Translations under genes and position numbers: made by a program
Assembly: GCF_001194135.2 (NCBI RefSeq)
Contig: NC_068984.1
Coordinates: 57,964,383 to 58,028,382 of the forward strand
DNA: 64,000 bases
From: Octopus bimaculoides
Lineage: Eukaryota
Reading direction: 5' to 3'
Shown: positions 1 to 13,519 of the stretch, piece after piece
How the letters are laid out: every line of letters begins with the position of its first letter
Numbering within the stretch: position 1 is the first letter of the stretch
The notes under the pieces: generated by a model
What the model saw: only the letters and a program-made list of their open reading frames with translations
What the model was told of the DNA's origin: nothing
Databases searched by the model: none

Positions 1-168
1 TATCACAAGTAGAGCAACCATCTGAAGGATCATTCATTGAAATAGCTCACTTACGAGAGTGTTAGGTACAAGTAACAAACAGTATTTCTTCTGTTTCCTC
101 TACATAGAGTTAGACAAAATACTGTGAGAAAGATAATGAATTATAGAAATCTTAATTAGCCTACTTAC

Positions 169-232
169 CACCTTCAATGAGTTGTTTGCCCAGCATTAAT
201 GCTGTAGAACCAGTGGAACAGTTGTTGTTCAC
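169..232 (-). CDS. SCP2: SCP2/SCPx coding exon 5 (VNNNCSTGSTALMLGKQLIEG-G), containing the thiolase active-site Cys
   Basis: 64 nt, gatAG/GTaagt boundaries, phase 0-1. NNNCSTGSTAL is the SCPx thiolase catalytic-Cys motif. The gene continues beyond position 1. Confidence 0.95.
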
Positions 233-2068
233 CTATCAATTCATTGAAAGAAAAGCATAATTATGAACATGCATTTGATAAATAACAACTATAAAGTGAC
301 AATACCGGTCATTGTGTAATGGGTGTTTGGCACAACGCATACATTATTACATAATTTTGCTTATCTAAAATAAGAAAGGCTTTCCTTCTTCCTTGCAGTA
401 TAAAATTTGGTCCAGTCTTTGAATTATTCCTAAATTATCTAGCAAGGTAAACAGACATATGTATTGATAGAAAAACAATAAATATGAGAGATGTGAACCC
501 TCCAATCTCTGAACAAGCAGATCAATTCTTTGTTTACTGAGTTATTTTTAAGAGAAAGTATGAAAGAATACAATAGAACAAATATAGATTAGTATTAAAA
601 GTAGAGAGAAAATAAAGACAATTTAAAGACAAACATGGTATTTTTTAGTAGTCAGTATATGTAGTGATGTGAGACTTTTAATTCAAGATTTACTAAAATC
701 TCCATAATATTTTGAAAGAGCATTACATTTGCATTACAAAGTGGTTCTTTATAAAAATTTAAAAATTTTGAGTTGAAGATATGGAATAAAATGTTCCGTT
801 ATTTTTGAAACATTACCTGAGAATTAGGATTTTCCAATGTGTTTCTTTCTCATGATATATTAAATATAGTATTAATTAACACAATTTTATAATGGTAAAT
901 ATTTTCTGAAAATTTTTCAATATTTTATCTTTAAAATTGAACCATTTTTTTTGCTTAGGTTAATTTTTGTTATAACCGAATATGAATTTTCTATTATCTA
1001 TATTTTGTAATAATTAGAATGGTGTTTGCCATATTTGCAACTCAAAAGTATGGCATTCACTTCAGAATCAGAAAGTATTCCAGCTATGAACAGTTACTGG
1101 TTCTTTATTAAGTATGTGTGCAAACCAGAGATTATTAGCAGCTACCACACATATATAAACATTTTAGACAGCACAAAAATAAGACAAACTTTCACCCACA
1201 TACACATTATAAATACCAGCAAACTGACATGTATCCTGTTACCGACTCATTTACCACTACTAAAACACTTTAATGCTTCTCCAAGTTTCCAAACTAAATA
1301 CATCTGTCAAAGTTCACCTGATACAATTACTTCTCATATGATTCTTGTTATGTCTGACTCTGTAAATATTGTACCTAACATTTCACCCAATTCATATTTC
1401 AAAACTATAACCACCTTGATACCCCAAACTCAGCTGTAGATGAACCACTTCAGTCTAGGAAGGCATGTAAAGATTATGAATCACCTTTAGATAAAAGCTG
1501 GTTCTACAAGATCTTTAGGCAGAGGGCTGTAATATTTTTTAAACAAGTGCAATGTATTTATTCAGGTTAATAAGTGGGTCTTTACATAACCATTCATACT
1601 CCTAGAAAAAGATGTCAAATGATACATTGGATAATATAGTCTAAGATAAAAAAGATAAGATAATCATGCAAAGAATGCTTCTGATTACACTGTAAAGGTC
1701 AAGCAACTGAGAAGCAAATCTGTGGTACTGAGCAGAATATTTGCTATAACGATATTTCTGCTTCAGCAACTCAGCACTAAATCTGTCTAAAATGTAATGG
1801 AAAATAGGTCAGTTTCAAAACATTGATATCCAGGTCAGAAAATCAAAGTTTGAAGGGAATAGTAGTCATTTCCTTTGATTTGTAGACAGAAGCAAATAGG
1901 AAATAACACTTACTGATCAAAGACAAAAAAAACAAAAAACAAAAAATTGCTACATGTGTTATGGGTCTTCTACATCAGGGCAAAACCAGGGCCAAACAAC
2001 AACAAACTATTTTTCAAAACAGTATTTTATCACACAGAACAATGGTCCCAAATAGCAAAATGGCCTAC

Positions 2069-2133
2069 ATTATAGATCGGTATACCAGTTAATCCTAACT
2101 TGTAGACTGCTTTCTGACCACATGTAGAATCGC
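2069..2133 (-). CDS. SCP2: SCP2/SCPx coding exon 4 (G-DSTCGQKAVYKLGLTGIPIYN)
   Basis: 65 nt, ttccAG/GTaggc boundaries, phase 1-0. Matches [23 protein letters not shown]. Confidence 0.93.
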
Positions 2134-3010
2134 CTGGAAAGGGAAATATAATAGAAACAATAAATTTAAATCAAATATTAAATAATAGAATTTTGCAGTC
2201 ATAAATTTAAAAAAACCAAAAAAACAAAACAAAGCTGAAACATTTTCCTTTTAATTCATATACAATTAATATCAATTTGATTTCCTCATGTTTTGTCTTT
2301 GGTCAGCCTCTCTCAGTTCCGATAACCACTTGCTTCTCCCAACATGATGACATTACCTCCACTCCCTCCACCCCACCCTATATAAATTAGCTCCATTCAT
2401 ATTCCCCCGACCTCATATTTTAATATCTTGCCACATGAAGTAGAAGTCGAAGAAGGCGTTCAGATAAGCAACTTTGTTTCCAACCTAGCACACATTTAAA
2501 AAACTCTTTTTACAGTGCAAATTATAATTACTTTATTATTTCATTGTCTATCTACTCACAGTTATGTCTTCCATGCTGTATGTTAGACAAAAATTTAGAT
2601 CCCGATGTTCAATCCAACTCTCCCTCCTTCTCCATCTTTCACACTCATTTATTATTATTGTTATTCATTCATTCATCTAATTTTGCCACAGTTTGGCTGA
2701 CCAAATACTGTTGGTTATAAGCTCTAGTTAAGAATGGAAATTTCCAATTTTATCTCATTATTATTATTATTGTTATTGTTTCACACCAGCAGCCAGAGTG
2801 TTTGCTGTTTCGTGGTGTGCCCACCCATCACACCACCTATACCGGAAGTTTTATCCTCTGGCCTCTATTGGATGTCTTTCCCCTGAACACTTCCAATAGC
2901 TTAAATGCTCCCCCATCCCTACTTAATGTTTATCTCCTATGGAATGTAGTGATTATGTAGTGCATAAAATAATGGTGTAGTGTAAGCAGGTTGAAGGCTA
3001 TTGTATATTT

Positions 3011-6000
3011 ATGAGCTCTGCCAAATGTGAGCTTTCTTTTCAGATGCCTGATGCTGCAGTCCCCCATCCCAGGGTCTTGCAGGCCCACACCTTCCACACC
3101 CTCAGTGTTGGCACATTGAAAGGTAGGTCTGGTGAGATTGTTGAGATGCTTGAACAGAGATGTGTGGATTTGTGCTGCATCCAACTAATAAGGTGGAGAG
3201 GAAGTTCTGCTAGGTTCTTCACAGACAAAGAACATAGGTATAAGATTTTCCTGGTAGGGAACACTGATGGGATTGGAGTTATAGGTATACTTCTTGCGGA
3301 GAAATGGTTTGATAAGATAATCGAGGTAGTCAATATCTGTGATAGAATACTTCAGCTTAGATGAGTGCCGCAACATGGATTAGCAACCATCATCTCAGCT
3401 TATGCCCCTCAGCCAGGGCTATCTGATGAACAGAAAGACCGATTTTATGACAGCCTCTTGTAGACTACCTCATTGATGAATGACAGGGACTGTCCCATTG
3501 TGGCTGGCGACTTCAATGGGCATGTTGGACAACATGCTGGGAGTTTCCATAGTATACATGGTGGCTATGGATTTGGTTCCCGCAATGAGGAGGGAACTAG
3601 GCTGCTGGAGTTCTGTGATGCAAATGATCTTAGGGTCTGTAATACTAACTTCAGGAAACCTGCCAGTCTGGTGGACACACTAGTCAGACTGACTACATTC
3701 TTGCCAGGAAACGGGAAAGATGGCTACTTATAAATGCCAAAACCTTCCCAGGTGAAGAGTGCACCCTACAACATATGTTATTAGTCAGTGACTTCAGGAT
3801 CAGGGCTAAATGGATGCCCAGAAGATGATCAGCATGGAAAAGAGGGGTCTGGAAGCTTAAGGATCATGTGAATGGACAGAGATTTAGAAACGTATTACTC
3901 GAAGCTTTTGATGAAAAGGAGGAGGATATAGCATCATAAAATGTGAAAGACAACTGGAGGTTCCAATGGGACAACATGTTGAGGGCTACTGAGCAGATCT
4001 GTGGATGGTACAAAGTCCCCTCTTGACCTAAGGTAACATGGTGGTGGAACAATGTAGTTGACAGGGGCATTAGGGAAAAGAAACAGGCATGGAAGGACTG
4101 GAAGAATGGTGGTAGCAGGGAACTGTATCAGATCGCCAGAAGGGAAGCTAGGAGACAGGTATATTTAGCCAGAGGGGAAGCATAATAACAGAAAATTTGC
4201 CAATGTTATGTATCGTGAGGACCAAAGACTTGAAGTGGTTCATGCTGCAAAACAGTATGTGAGAGAGAATCATGATGTCATAAGAGAGAAATGCGTCCAC
4301 ATGGATGATGGCTCACTTACATTTAATGAGGCTGCAAAGAGAGAGACTTGGAGATGTCACTATAAAAGGTTGCTAAATGAAGAGAATGAATGGGAGAAAG
4401 AGAGTCTGCCAAATGTTGACCCAATAGAGGGACCAGCTATGTGAATTGACAGTACCTTGGTAGATAAAGTAATTAAGGGTATAATAGACAGGGAAAGCCC
4501 CTGGCCCATCAGGAATCACTGCAGAAATGCTTAAAATATCTGGCGGTGTCAGCTATAGTCTAGTCACCCGTACAGTTAATCAGGTGATACATGAAGGAGT
4601 CATACCCAATGACTAGTGTGGCAACACCATAGTCAACTGCTACAAAGGTAAAGGTGACGCATGGGATACGAATAATTACGGAGGTATCAAATTGTTGGAT
4701 CAGGTAATGACGGTCACAGCTCAACTAATTAGGGAGAGAGTCAGTCTAGATGAGATGCAGTTTGGGTTCATGCCAGGGAAAAGCACCACTGATGCTATAT
4801 TTCTGGTAAGACAGCTGCAGGAGAAACATCTAGCCAAAGATAAACCTCTGTACTTGGCTTTCGTTGACATGGAGAAAGCCTTTTACAAGGTCCTCTGATC
4901 CTTTATCTGGTGGTCAATGCAGAAACTAAGGATAGATCAGTGGTTAGTGAGAGCTGTACAAGCCATGTACAGGGATGCTGTCAGTAACATGAGGGTTGGC
5001 AACGAGTATAGTGAAGAATTCAGGGTAGGAGTAGGGGTACACTAAGGATCAGTTCTCAGCCCCCTCTTATTCATAGTCCTCCAGGCAATAACAGAAGAAT
5101 TCAAAACAGGATGCCCCTGGGAACTCCTCTATGCTGATAACCTTGCTCCAATAGCTGAGTCAATATCTGAACTAGAGTAGAAGTTTCAGGTGTGGAAGCA
5201 AGGTTTAAAATCAAACCAAAAAAGTCTTAGTAAGTAGGAATGCAAACAAATCACAAATCCCTTCAGGTAGGTGACCCTGCTTGATCTGTAGAAAAGGTGT
5301 AGGTAGAAACTCCATAAGATGTACCCAGTGTAAGCTATGGACACATAAGAGGTGCAGCAATACCAGAGGAAGGCTAACTGGGAAGATAGCTTTTGTGTGT
5401 GGCAGATGCACAGGGGCAATAAATACTGAAAATGTGCAGAAAACAGCTTCCATCACATGCCAGGGGGGAAAACTAGAAGTAGTTGACTAAGTCAGCAGCA
5501 GGAGTGGATACTCTGACTGTGTAGCTGCTAGAATAAGAATAGCCTGGGCAAAGTTCAGAGAGCTCCTACTGCTACTGGTAACAAAGCACTTCGTGCTCAG
5601 AGTGAAAAGTAGACTGTAGGATGCATGTGTGTGAACAGCCATGCCACACGGCAGTGAAACATGGGCTGTGACTGCTGTGGACATGCGTAAGCTTGCAAGA
5701 AATGAAGCTAACATGCTCCACTGGATGTGTAATGTTAGTGTGCATACGTGACAGTGTAAGCGCCCTGAGAGAGAAGTTGGACATAAGAAGCATCAAATGT
5801 GGTGTGCAAGAGAGATGACTGCGTTGATATGGTCATGTGTTACGTATGGATGAGGACAGCTGTGTGAAAAAGTGTCACACCCTAATAGTGGAGGAAACCT
5901 GTGGAAGAGGTAGACCCAGGAAGACCTGGTGAAGCACGACCTTCAAATGTTGGGCCTCACGGAGGCAATGACAAGTGACTGAGACCTTTGGAGATATGCT

Positions 6001-6537
6001 GTGCTTGAGAAGACCCAGCAAGCCAAGTGAAACTGTAGCTGTGGATACGTAACTGGCCCATTTAAGAGTACCCTTCAACCATTGGGCAATATGCTGTACT
6101 TGAGAAGACCTGCTGCGTCAAGTGAAATCATTGTCATGGCTGATGCCAGTATTGCCTGACTAGCATGTAAAAAGTACTATTCAAGCGTGGTTGATGCCAG
6201 TACCACTGGATTGGCTCCCATGCTGAGGCACATAAAAAGCATCATTCAAGCGTGATCATTGCCAGTGCCAGCTGACTGGCTCCCATGGCAGTGGCGCATA
6301 AAAAGCACCATTTGAGTGTGGTCAATGCCAGTGCCACCCAACTGGCCCCTGTGCTGGTGGCACGTAAATAGCACCCACTACACTCTCAGAGTGGTTGGCA
6401 GTTAAGAAGGGCATCCAGCTGTAGGAACCTTGTCAGATCTGATTGGAGCCTGGTGCAGCCTCCTGGCTTGCCAGTCCTCAGTCAAACCATCCAATCCATA
6501 CTAGCATGGAAAGTGGACGTTAAACAATGATGATGAT
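3011..6537 (+). mobile_element. Near full-length degenerate RTE-clade LINE (APE endonuclease + RT, many stops/frameshifts)
   Basis: APE motifs (VGTLKGRSGEIVEML..VDLCCIQ..RW; VAGDFNGHVG). RT motifs QFGFMPGKSTTDAIF, LAFVDMEKAF and YADN at 5130-5141. C-terminal LRWYGHV-like segment. The 3' UTR ends in a (TGA)n tail at 6527-6537. Confidence 0.93.
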
Positions 6538-7249
6538 CCATTATATTTTGATTTGATCAATTATTGAAGAAAAGAGGAGCCCATTCTTCAGTTTGAACAT
6601 TGGTAAATGTTAAACAAAAGTAGAATAGTAACTGAAAGCAGATTAAGAAAAACTAAAGCATTATTACAGCTGATAAGCACAATGTTGGTGTAAGGGTCAT
6701 AACTCCTTTTCCAGATTTGTTCATACATTGAGTCAATGGTAAAGACACTTAGCTTTTACTGTCTCAAGTTATTTTAATTCAAACTGGACATCACAGGTAA
6801 TTTTAGTACACTGCTGTAAGGAGTGAGAATATCATAACCAATGAGTTTTATAAGCTTACAATGCTGGATTCAGGAGAAGGCACATGTGAAAAGTACTCCT
6901 CAAGGGAGATAAATGTCTGAATAGACGACAGCTGTGAATTTAGGATTAGCAGCTATGCTTTCAGAAGCAAGTGACTTTTATTTATAAATCTGCATTGAAA
7001 AATAATTCACAAATTTAGTTCACTTTTCTCTATCTCAGACTAAATATCTATTTCATTAACACTTGTCGCTCCTTACTTTTGTTATGGATTGACTGGGGAA
7101 TGAATAAAGAGACGGACTTGAAAATGAAAGTATTAATTATTCTTTACTGCAAAGTTAAGAGAGTGGTAGAAACACTGCAGAGTCAGGCTAAGTGCCTTGA
7201 GGTATTTAGTTTTTTTCTTCTATGTTATGAAATCATATTCTTTATTCTT

Positions 7250-7477
7250 ATTTCTTTATTGCCCACAAGGGGCTAAACATAGAGGGGACCAACAAGGACA
7301 GACAAAGGGTTTAAATCGATTACATCGATCCCAGTGCGTAACTGGTACTTATTTAATTGACCCCGAAAGGATGAAAGGCTAAGTTGACCTCGGTGGAATT
7401 TGAACTCGGAACGTAGCGGCAGACGAAATACCGCTAAGCATTTCGCCCAGCGTGCTAACGTTTCTGCCAGCTCGCCG
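7250..7477 (-). mobile_element. Young tRNA-derived octopus SINE, family A, with 16-bp TSD
   Basis: Reverse complement has a tRNA-like head (GGCGAGCTGGCAGAA ... GAGTTCAAATTCC). TSD catattctttattctt at 7234-7249 and 7478-7493. Confidence 0.85.
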
Positions 7478-8424
7478 CATATTCTTTATTCTTGAGTGGG
7501 CCTCAGTAAAATAAGTATCTAAAATCTCCTAGAGATGATTCAATCAACTACAATCCTCTACAAATTTGTAGCCTTGTACCAATATAAGAAATCATAATGA
7601 GGTAACTGACATAGAAGAGTGCCAAACTAAATACTCTACATTATTTGGTTTTATTTCTGCATGTTCTGAATTCAAATCTTGTAGAGTAAACGTTGCATTT
7701 CCTTTACAAATATATGGCCTTGTATCAATGTGGAAAGTCACTGTTCTTCACAACTACAAAATTGAGTGAGTTGTCTGTGCAGTTATCACTGTTTACTTTA
7801 TAAACTCATCATATTATCAATAATTACGATTGACAACATGGTTACTTTTTCCAGGATTTTTTCTTTTAACAACTCTTTTTCTAAGATTTGTTTGTCTTAA
7901 CAACCTGATAATTTTGTAGTAAAGCAATACTCCTACCAATTTTCTAAATTATGGGGTAAACAGTAACTTCCTTAATTATATATCAGAATACCTGAGAAAG
8001 GATTTGCACTAATAATCTAATGGGACAGATCTGAAACCTTGGCTAAAATTTATATACCTGCCAAAAAAGTATCTCTTACAGAAACTAGTTGATAAGTAGA
8101 GAGCCTGTTATATTTCACTTTTCTTTAGTTTGTATGTTTTAATTTGGCACTGGCCAGTCTGTAAGAAAGGAGTTTTAGTTGGCTGAATTAACTTAGCATC
8201 CTGGTGGTATTTATTAACTCACAAAAGGATTTCAACTCAAAACACTGGTACAAAATTGGTCACATCAAACTCATTGCTGTAGACACAATATTTTAAAGTT
8301 TTGGAAAATACAAGCTCATATTTGTTTTATCATAATTATTTTCAGAATAGATTAAAGACAACAGGAAAAAAACACCAAAAAAGATTAAAATTATTTTAAC
8401 ATTTCAGTGAAGTGATTGATTTAC

Positions 8425-8496
8425 CATAAACATAGCCAACAACTGCTTGTTGAACATCTTCATAGGATATACTTGCATCATGTAGAGCTTTGGTAC
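8425..8496 (-). CDS. SCP2: SCP2/SCPx coding exon 3 (G-TKALHDASISYEDVQQAVVGYVY-G)
   Basis: 72 nt, caAG/GTaaat boundaries, phase 1-1. Matches [24 protein letters not shown]. Confidence 0.95.
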
Positions 8497-9010
8497 CTTG
8501 ATAGCAACAAAAATAAAAATTCAGTGAATTACTCAAGAATTATATACAAAAAAGTAAAAAATTATATTTCAATATGTTTAATTTTAACACCATTTGCTAG
8601 CTCTAAAATTATTTTAGCAATGAAAAATTAAGAGAATGCATGTAGGTCTGATGACTGAAAAATTACAAACGGAATTGTTTGATTTCATTCAAACTCAATA
8701 TTGTGGAAATATGTATGTTTTCTAATTAGATTATAAAGGTTTGATAAATGTAGCATAAAAATTCTGTAATATTCCAGAGAATATGAATTAATCCATTCTA
8801 AGAATATTTTTAGTCTTGCTCCAAAATAGATTTGCGGTTAATAATTTTTTGAACTTCAGTATTGAGCTGAGATGTTAGAAAACCGTTAAATGTTAGTTGT
8901 AAGGATTAATAAAATTAATATCATTATAGTGGATGTTAAAACAATGATGATGATGAATATATTAGTATCTTTTAATCTGATCTTTACTAATGTCAAGAAA
9001 AACCATATAC

Positions 9011-9068
9011 CTGCTTCAAAAGCCATATCTGGATAGTCAAAGTCTTCACGATTTCTAGGTTTTTCAAA
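9011..9068 (-). CDS. SCP2: SCP2/SCPx coding exon 2 (FEKPRNREDFDYPDMAFEA-G)
   Basis: 58 nt, flanked by tttAG and GTatat; phase 0 in, phase 1 out. Matches FVKPG..DYPDLAEEAG. Confidence 0.95.
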
Positions 9069-10224
9069 CTAAAGTTGTAAAATTTAAAGAACAAATGAAT
9101 TAGTAAAAAGAATTACATATTAAAAAATACTTTCTAAATTTAATGTAAAAACATATTTAAAATTTCTTTTCCGGACTAATTGGTAGCAGTCTCTAAAAGT
9201 ATGCACCAATTATATACACAATAACTGTTAAATGGTTTAAATGTTATCCTAACTAGCATGTACCGACACAATTTGCTTGAGCACTAGCAACTGCAGCCAA
9301 ATCCCCTTCCAATAGCAATAAGCACATACATGTGCCACATGAACTGACTCACTAATAAATAAATGTATTCAGATAGAAAAGTGTAAGTATCTTTAAATTT
9401 TAGTATTTCCTTTGTTTTTGATTTTTTTTTTTGGTTTTAACTTCTGCCATGAAGATATTTGATATTAACTGTGGTAAGTGCTTTAAATGACCATACTGAC
9501 CAATCACTTGGCGACTGGAGATAATTAGAGTGCCAACATTTAAAAGTAAATATGTAATGTATCAGCAAGATAAGCTGTAATGAACACTGCAAGAAATTCA
9601 ATGAAGAAACAGTGGGGGAAAAGTATAAAGGCAAATAACTAGACATCATAGAAACTGTCTACAGTGGTTCACTAGTGTAATTTAATAAAGTGTATTTGCC
9701 ACTTGTTCAGTATTGACACACGAGTCAGAAGAGTGAGCTAAAATGTCAGGTCATAAGAATTTCAAATCAACAGATGCTCGTTGTCTTGAAAATTTTGGTA
9801 TAACATGAAATACAAGACAGCACACATTGAGAAGTACAGTGTTGATGTTATAAATAGGGAATAATGGAAATCCACAAACTGTCTTGTTTTGCTTCAATAA
9901 TAGAAAATAAATGAATTGAGTAATGCAGATGAAATAAGCCAGTGTTACTGAATATATACAGTATGGGTCTATGAGCTACAAGCACAAAACACCAAGTTCT
10001 CTGCTTGTTAATAGAAGTATTCTTCATAATTTGTCTTTACATCTATTTTACAATCTTAGCATAGGTTAGATGAATATATTACTGAAGCATTGTTGTACAG
10101 CCATATAACTTTCCTGGCATTAACCCATACCTGTTTTCTAAGTCAGGGATGTCTTGTTTCTTCAAAGATGCAAAGCCCAGTATATGATTCACTGATAGGG
10201 GAAATGACATCATCACTGCTTGTA

Positions 10225-10460
10225 GTTCTTGGTTTTTAGAGAAGTGCAAATGTAAACAAACCCAGACCCGTGCACACATACATACAAACTCAGACCTGTG
10301 AATACATACATACAAACGAAGGGCTTTTTCAGTTTTTGTCAACCAAATCCACTCACAAGACTTTGGTTGGCCTGGAACTACAACAGAAGACATTTGCCCA
10401 AAATGTTATGCAATGAGACTGAACCTGAAGTGAACTTTTTTAACAACACAGCCAGGCCTA
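10225..10460 (-). mobile_element. Degenerate SINE, family B (head half)
   Basis: accaaatccactcacaag...tttgcccaa...actgaacc...acacagcc, shared with the copy at 36278-36698. Confidence 0.7.
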
Positions 10461-10773
10461 CACTTGTATGGTTAAAATAACTATTAAAAAAAAATGCTTG
10501 GAACTGATAAATGAAAGTCATTTGGTATTGAGAAAAGTACTAACTCAAAAGCTTTATAGTGTAGACTGGGAAATTTACCCATTTTGTATTAATTATGGTT
10601 AATAAGTTAAGATTTTGAACTTAATGTGGAATCAAGAAGAGTACATATGCTTTTTGAGAATTATGTGATAATCCTCATTGATATTATTTAAGAAACAATA
10701 ATCTAGAATTTCAAACAGCCAATAACATTATTTTGATGAAGTCAATCATTATAGAAATCATACAAAATTTGAA

Positions 10774-10985
10774 CCCTTTAGTATTCAGATTATTCTGTCA
10801 TATGTAATGCTTATTTAATCATTTTTAATACAGCATTATCTTGTAACTTCAAGATTTTGATGATGTGATTGTCTATTTTTAGAATAACATTGTGGAATAA
10901 GTGTGAGAGGCTGGATCTGGTCAACTTGGACCTAAAACAGTAAAGAATGTTTGGGCCTGATATGGCCAGTTTAAATGCTAAAGGG
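10774..10985. mobile_element. piggyBac-type MITE (~212 bp)
   Basis: (T/G)AA-CCCTTTAG ... CTAAAGGG-TTAA termini. The first ~43 nt match the reverse complement of the piggyBac right end at 40369-40411. Confidence 0.8.
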
Positions 10986-11855
10986 TTAAACAGTCAAAAG
11001 AAATCTGTCTTTAATAACTAATGAATTTAGTATAATGTAAAATTTTTACAGTAATACAGTTTGTTGCCTGCATCTGGAGAAAATAAGTAGCAAGTTTATT
11101 CAGAACTACTTTATTCCGTGGGAAGAAGTATTCAGGTTTGAAAATGTTAACTTACAATATTTCAGATGCTTTAATAATTTTGCAGTTTTGAATATCATAA
11201 TGAAAATTCTGTGGACACCAATTGTAGAACAAATTGTAATAAAATACCAAGAAGTGTCCAAATATAATGAAAATGAGAAATAAGATACACTTAAGTTTCA
11301 GTGAATATTTATACCAAGAAACGTGTTGCTGAAACATAACACAAGGAAGACAATGACAGCAGTTCTTTATTTATACTGGATATTAGAGAATTTTATAAAG
11401 TATATCTGGTTAATTACTTCTGCATTATTAACTATTTGGGATTAAATATTCTTATTTAGTCCCTAAAAAATTCATGCTTATTACATGTATTGAAATCTAG
11501 CAGTATTTTTGGGTACACTGAAAATCTTTTAGTAAGCATACAATAAAAAGCAAGACGACTTGATTTACGAGTTATTTGCTTACTTTATATAAAGAATATA
11601 TACACAAAGACGCCAACCATATAAGACAGTAGTCAAGTCGTTGACGACATTTAATGCAGGGAACATTAAAACAGCTAATTAAAAAAATAATCAGTAAGGA
11701 AAAAGCAATACAGTCAATGATTAATTCTACATACTTTATTTTGGCAAGTAAGGGAGACAACTTAAGAAAACTTCTAAATAAAATGAAAAACAAAAGCAGA
11801 AACAGAGAACATTATGCTTTGTTCGTTTGTTTATATGTATGTATTTTTTATTCTT

Positions 11856-12150
11856 TTACTTGTTTCAGTCATTTGACTGCGGCCATGCTGGAGCACCGCC
11901 TTTAGTTGAACAAATTGACCCATAGACTTATTCTATCGGTCGCCTTGCGGAACCGCTAAGTTACGGGACGTAAACACACCAACATCGACACACAAACATT
12001 TACATATACATAAGACGAGACTCTCAGTGTCCATCTACCAAATCCACTCTCAAGGCTTTAGTTGGTCTGAGGCCATAGTAGGTGACAGTTGCCCAAGGTG
12101 CTATGCAGTAGGACTGAACCCAGAAGCATGTGGTTGGGAAGCAAGCTTCT
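11856..12150 (-). mobile_element. SINE, family B
   Basis: ttgtttcagtcatttgactgcggccatgctggagcaccgcc tail plus gcccaaggtg...gggaagcaagcttctt head; reverse complement of 36278-36698. Confidence 0.85.
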
Positions 12151-12944
12151 TATGAATGAAACAATTTCCATAAAAACATTTTACTTGAAATTGTAAACAA
12201 TAAAAATTACTAAATAATTTTCTTTTTAAAATCCTTATTAACCAATGGACTCTAATCACTTATCTTAAGTTCAGGTCAGGCATCTGGACAAAGCAATGTA
12301 CATAGCAGCATACACATTAGCATTGGGTCTGCAGGCAACTGGCCTGTGTGCTCATGCCTTAGGACAGCTTCAGGCGAAACGTTGATGTATTCCCTGCATA
12401 AATATTTATTACTACATCAATACAATGCAAATTTTAGCAGAGAAACTTAATGAAGTCGGAAGCTGAGTAATAAATGCTTGATTAGTTTATGATAGAGCTG
12501 GATAACTTAACTGTCACTTTAATGTTATAAGTTTAATCTATGTTAAAAAGTTAGCTAATATCCCTTTAATATTAGTGAATATTCTTCAAGTTCATATGAC
12601 ACTACAAATTCAATTAAGCTACTATATATATATATATAAACCAATAATCAAAATATATTCCCAAAACAATGCAATAACTTTGTTTCAAAATGTTTCTTTC
12701 TGTGAGGAAGTTTCACTTAATCTAATTGGTGTAAGTCCCACAACTCATTAGGTTGTAGGTGCATATTTGGGTAAATTATTCAGATGGAACCATTCTTATC
12801 TCTATTTTATTAAAGCTAATTTAAAATGCTACACATAATGATTTAAATATTGATTTAATTTTGAATAGGAACCAAGAACTTGTATTTGAGGAGTAGAAGA
12901 AACATGATATTGTGAAGATGTCTCTCCTAAGTGGTGGTGGTGGT

Positions 12945-13340
12945 TCATCATCATCATCCTTTTCCATGCTGGCATGGGTTGGATGGTTTGATCAGAGCTG
13001 GCAAGCCACTGGAGAGCTGCACCAGGTTCCAGTCTGTTCTGGCTTGGTTTCTATGGCTGGATGCCTTTCCTAATGCCAACCACTTCACAGTGCATGCTGT
13101 GTGCTTTTATTGTGGCACTAGCATAAGTGCTTATACGTGGCAGCAGCACAAGGCTCTTGTAGGTCAATCCTCTTCAATGGAGTGGCAGCCATTAACACTT
13201 CAGCTGTGGAGGACAAGTCTTCTTGAATACAACAAAGTGCCAGATATCTCGGTCCTTTGTCATCTCCAAAAGGGTCAATATATATAGAAATAGATTTCCA
13301 TTGACTTCCCATTGCTAAAGTGAACCACCAAGCATGAAGA
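12945..13340 (-). mobile_element. 5'-truncated RTE LINE 3' end (same family as 3011-6537)
   Basis: (TCA)n tail plus tttccatgctggcatgggttgg. The reverse complement of ~13230-13270 matches the RTE ORF end near 5965-6020. Confidence 0.8.
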
Positions 13341-13519
13341 GATTTTGCAGTAGACATATGGTACAGACATAGATTATGGTATTAGGGATAAGATACTAAT
13401 ACTGTAATGTTTTGTTCAGTAAGGCCAACTGTAATTCTTTATAATACTGAAAGATTTAATTGAAAAAACAAAAAACAAACGCTTTTACCAATTCCTCAAA
13501 GTCTGTTTTCCAAAATAGG

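Noticed and set aside
1026-1439. 137-aa plus-strand ORF
   Set aside because: Starts with TTG, has no recognisable motif or splice context, and is antisense within an SCP2 intron; probably chance or decayed repeat.
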